This document shows, one piece after another, positions 38,047 to 40,187 of a stretch of 40,187 nt of DNA. The translations under genes were made by a program, and so were the position numbers. Each line of letters begins with the position of its first letter. Position 1 is the stretch's first letter. This DNA is from Candidatus Thorarchaeota archaeon (GTDB lineage Archaea > Asgardarchaeota > Thorarchaeia > Thorarchaeales > Thorarchaeaceae), in the NCBI GenBank assembly GCA_003345545.1, contig PRDH01000070.1:1-40187 (forward strand), read 5' to 3'. The notes beneath the pieces were generated by a model that saw only the letters and a program-made list of their open reading frames with translations, made no database searches and was not told where the DNA came from.

Positions 38047-38811
38047 ATGTCAGGCGCAGTTCCAGTCTTCGCTCTGGGTTTGACCATCCTTGCAGTTTTC
38101 GTTCTTCTCTCAGCGACAGGATACGTTGATGCACTTCTCGTCCTGCTATCAATACTGACCCCCCTAACAGCATTCCTGCTTGGCGCACTGGGACTCCGCC
38201 TCTTTGGCAGAGAATCAGAAATGAGACATGACATGTTTCACAGCGTCAATCTCTGGATAGGTATTGGCCTAATCATGCTCTCCCTCTCAGAGGCTGCAGC
38301 GATTCTGTTGAGTATCACCGCAACCCCCTTGCAGATCGAAGCAACTATAGGGCTGATGCAGCTGCCAGGACTATTGCTCTGGGGATTTGGGGTATTACAG
38401 TACCTTCAGTCAGCGAACTCATCTCTGGAATTTGCAGAGACTGGAAGACTCTGGATGATTCTACTGGTCGTTACGTCACTGGCAACTCTGATACTTATCG
38501 CAGCCATTGCTCTTTACATGCCCGGGACCGGGGTCATTGAGAATGTTGTTCTATCGCCTATCGTGGTGGGCCAAGGCATGCTAGCAACTATCGCACTCGG
38601 ACTTGTCTGGACCTTTAGACATGGGGAAATTGCTAGACCTATATTCCTGATTTTCTGCGGATTCCTGCTATACCTAATTCGCACTGTCCACTGGGCATTC
38701 ACGGTTTCCACGATTGGTACACCGCTCAATGGTGTTATTGCTATTGAAGCATACATTTTCCTCGGTGCGGCGTTGGTGCTAGCACGGAATCTTGGAGTTC
38801 GCGTCAAGTGA
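38047..38811 (+). CDS. Polytopic membrane protein (about 7-8 TM), function unknown
   Basis: Successive hydrophobic helices and no soluble domain. Confidence 0.7.
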   Translation: MSGAVPVFALGLTILAVFVLLSATGYVDALLVLLSILTPLTAFLLGALGLRLFGRESEMRHDMFHSVNLWIGIGLIMLSLSEAAAILLSITATPLQIEATIGLMQLPGLLLWGFGVLQYLQSANSSLEFAETGRLWMILLVVTSLATLILIAAIALYMPGTGVIENVVLSPIVVGQGMLATIALGLVWTFRHGEIARPIFLIFCGFLLYLIRTVHWAFTVSTIGTPLNGVIAIEAYIFLGAALVLARNLGVRVK

Positions 38812-38825
38812 CTCTGATTTCGACC

Positions 38826-40187
38826 TCACTTTGCAGCGCCTGATTCTGAACCCTCAGATTTCACTCCACCTTGCTGCGCTACAACCGTCCTTGCCACTTC
38901 CAGTCTTTCTTCGGTTATCTCCTCGATTCCTTGGTGAGCATAGTAGGTTTCATAGACGGCCTTAAACGCGCCGTTCTTGGCGAGCAGCTCCTCGATGGTA
39001 CCTTGCTCGACCAATACACCATGATCAAAGACAAGCACACGAGAAGCATTTGCGATTGTTGTGAGACGATGAGCAATCACAACCGTGGTACGGTCATGGA
39101 AGAGCAGCTCCTGTGCATCCTGTACCAGAGATTCACTATATGCATCGAGACGACTCGTAGCCTCATCAAGAATCAGAATCTTGGGATTAGCAAGCATAGT
39201 ACGAGCTATTGTAATCATCTGGCGCTGGCCTGCACTCAGATTCTTACCACTCTGAATGACACGGGTACTATATCCATTTGCAAGCACCTCGATAAACTCG
39301 TCTGCGCCAATCATGGTGCACAACTCCATTATCTCTTCATCAGTAGCATCAGGTTTTCCGTATCTGATGTTCTCCATGACTGTATCATCAAACAAGTAGG
39401 GCTCCTGAGGAATGAGTGACATGGCATGATGAAGTGAGTGCAGCTGGACATCGCGAATATTCTGATCTCCTATGAAAATGGCTCCTTCCTTGGGATCATA
39501 GAATCGGTTCACAAGCGCCGCAATAGTCGTTTTTCCAGCTCCAGTATGTCCAACAATGGCTACAGTTTCGCCAGGATTGATAGAGAAGGTGACATTCTTG
39601 AGAACAGGAGTGTCCTTGAGATACTCGAATACGACATTCTTGAAATAGATACCATCATTCTCCGGACGCAGGGCGACTGCATTCGGAGCATCAGTAATTG
39701 CCGGTTTTGATTCTAGGACATCTGTTACTCGGTCCATCGCGGCCAGTGATGATTGGACCTGTGTGGCCATCATACTTAGCCCAAGGAGTGGGAACATGAT
39801 ACCACGTACCAATGAGATACCAAGGAATATGTCGCCAAAGGAGAGTAATGGAAGCACGCCGACTGCCAGAGATCCTGCAACAAACAGCATGGCAGCAATG
39901 GCAAATTGACCAATGGCCGCCATCAATGGCTGCATTGAGGTCATCAGTATCATGAACCTGAAGCCATATCGATACGCCTTCTGGTTCAATGACATCAAAT
40001 GCTCCGCGAGTTCATCTTCACGATTGAACGCCTTTGCGACCTGAATTCCGCTGAGATTCTCAGCGATCTGGCCAGACACTTCTCCGGAAGCTCGTTGTGA
40101 GGCGAGCATGATCCGCTGTCCTACTGTGCCGAAGAGCACTGCAATGAATATTATTCCTGGCACGACAACGAGAGAAGTCAGAGCAAG
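38826..40187 (-). CDS. ABC exporter, fused TMD-NBD (5' end outside the window)
   Basis: GHTGAGKTT, PQEPYLF, LSAGQRQ, ILDEATS and IAHRL motifs with upstream TM helices; the frame stays open to the window edge. Confidence 0.95.
   Translation of the reverse strand, partial: LALTSLVVVPGIIFIAVLFGTVGQRIMLASQRASGEVSGQIAENLSGIQVAKAFNREDELAEHLMSLNQKAYRYGFRFMILMTSMQPLMAAIGQFAIAAMLFVAGSLAVGVLPLLSFGDIFLGISLVRGIMFPLLGLSMMATQVQSSLAAMDRVTDVLESKPAITDAPNAVALRPENDGIYFKNVVFEYLKDTPVLKNVTFSINPGETVAIVGHTGAGKTTIAALVNRFYDPKEGAIFIGDQNIRDVQLHSLHHAMSLIPQEPYLFDDTVMENIRYGKPDATDEEIMELCTMIGADEFIEVLANGYSTRVIQSGKNLSAGQRQMITIARTMLANPKILILDEATSRLDAYSESLVQDAQELLFHDRTTVVIAHRLTTIANASRVLVFDHGVLVEQGTIEELLAKNGAFKAVYETYYAHQGIEEITEERLEVARTVVAQQGGVKSEGSESGAAK

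Noticed and set aside
1-40187. Many short ORFs antisense or frameshifted within long genes (e.g. 9594-10223, 16973-17599, 26872-27369, 38871-39419)
   Set aside because: They are shadows of well-supported genes and show no independent protein features.

Overview
Archaeal chromosomal window, most likely from an Asgard archaeon (Thorarchaeia-like). This is inferred from the group II chaperonin, the archaeal HMG-CoA synthase/thiolase/DUF35 trio, ZPR1, and longin-like and WD40 proteins. The left part is mostly housekeeping: thermosome, TrxB, AsnB-like protein, mevalonate entry enzymes, a PPAT-dephospho-CoA kinase fusion, Nnr and NfnAB/SudAB. The centre (about 18-30 kb) holds the most notable system. 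An SMC ATPase with SMC5/6-type motifs is flanked by a catalytically dead AAA+ gene and a kleisin. A kite-like tandem winged-helix gene and a TFIIB-type Zn-ribbon/wHTH gene follow after an MFS gene, and a MoxR AAA+ / HExxH-VWA pair is transcribed divergently. Two items are missing from the ORF track: a frameshifted ubiquitin-like (ThiS/MoaD/SAMP) gene at 8942-9140 (-), and two copies of a structured element (about 29935-30035 and 31419-31518) that share a core motif and bracket an AT-rich nitroreductase gene. The right part has a WD40/PCI-like protein, an H+-pyrophosphatase, ZPR1, a longin-like protein, a 7TM protein and a partial ABC exporter. No rRNA, tRNA, CRISPR array or transposase was recognised. 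All calls come from reading motifs by eye; no database search was run.
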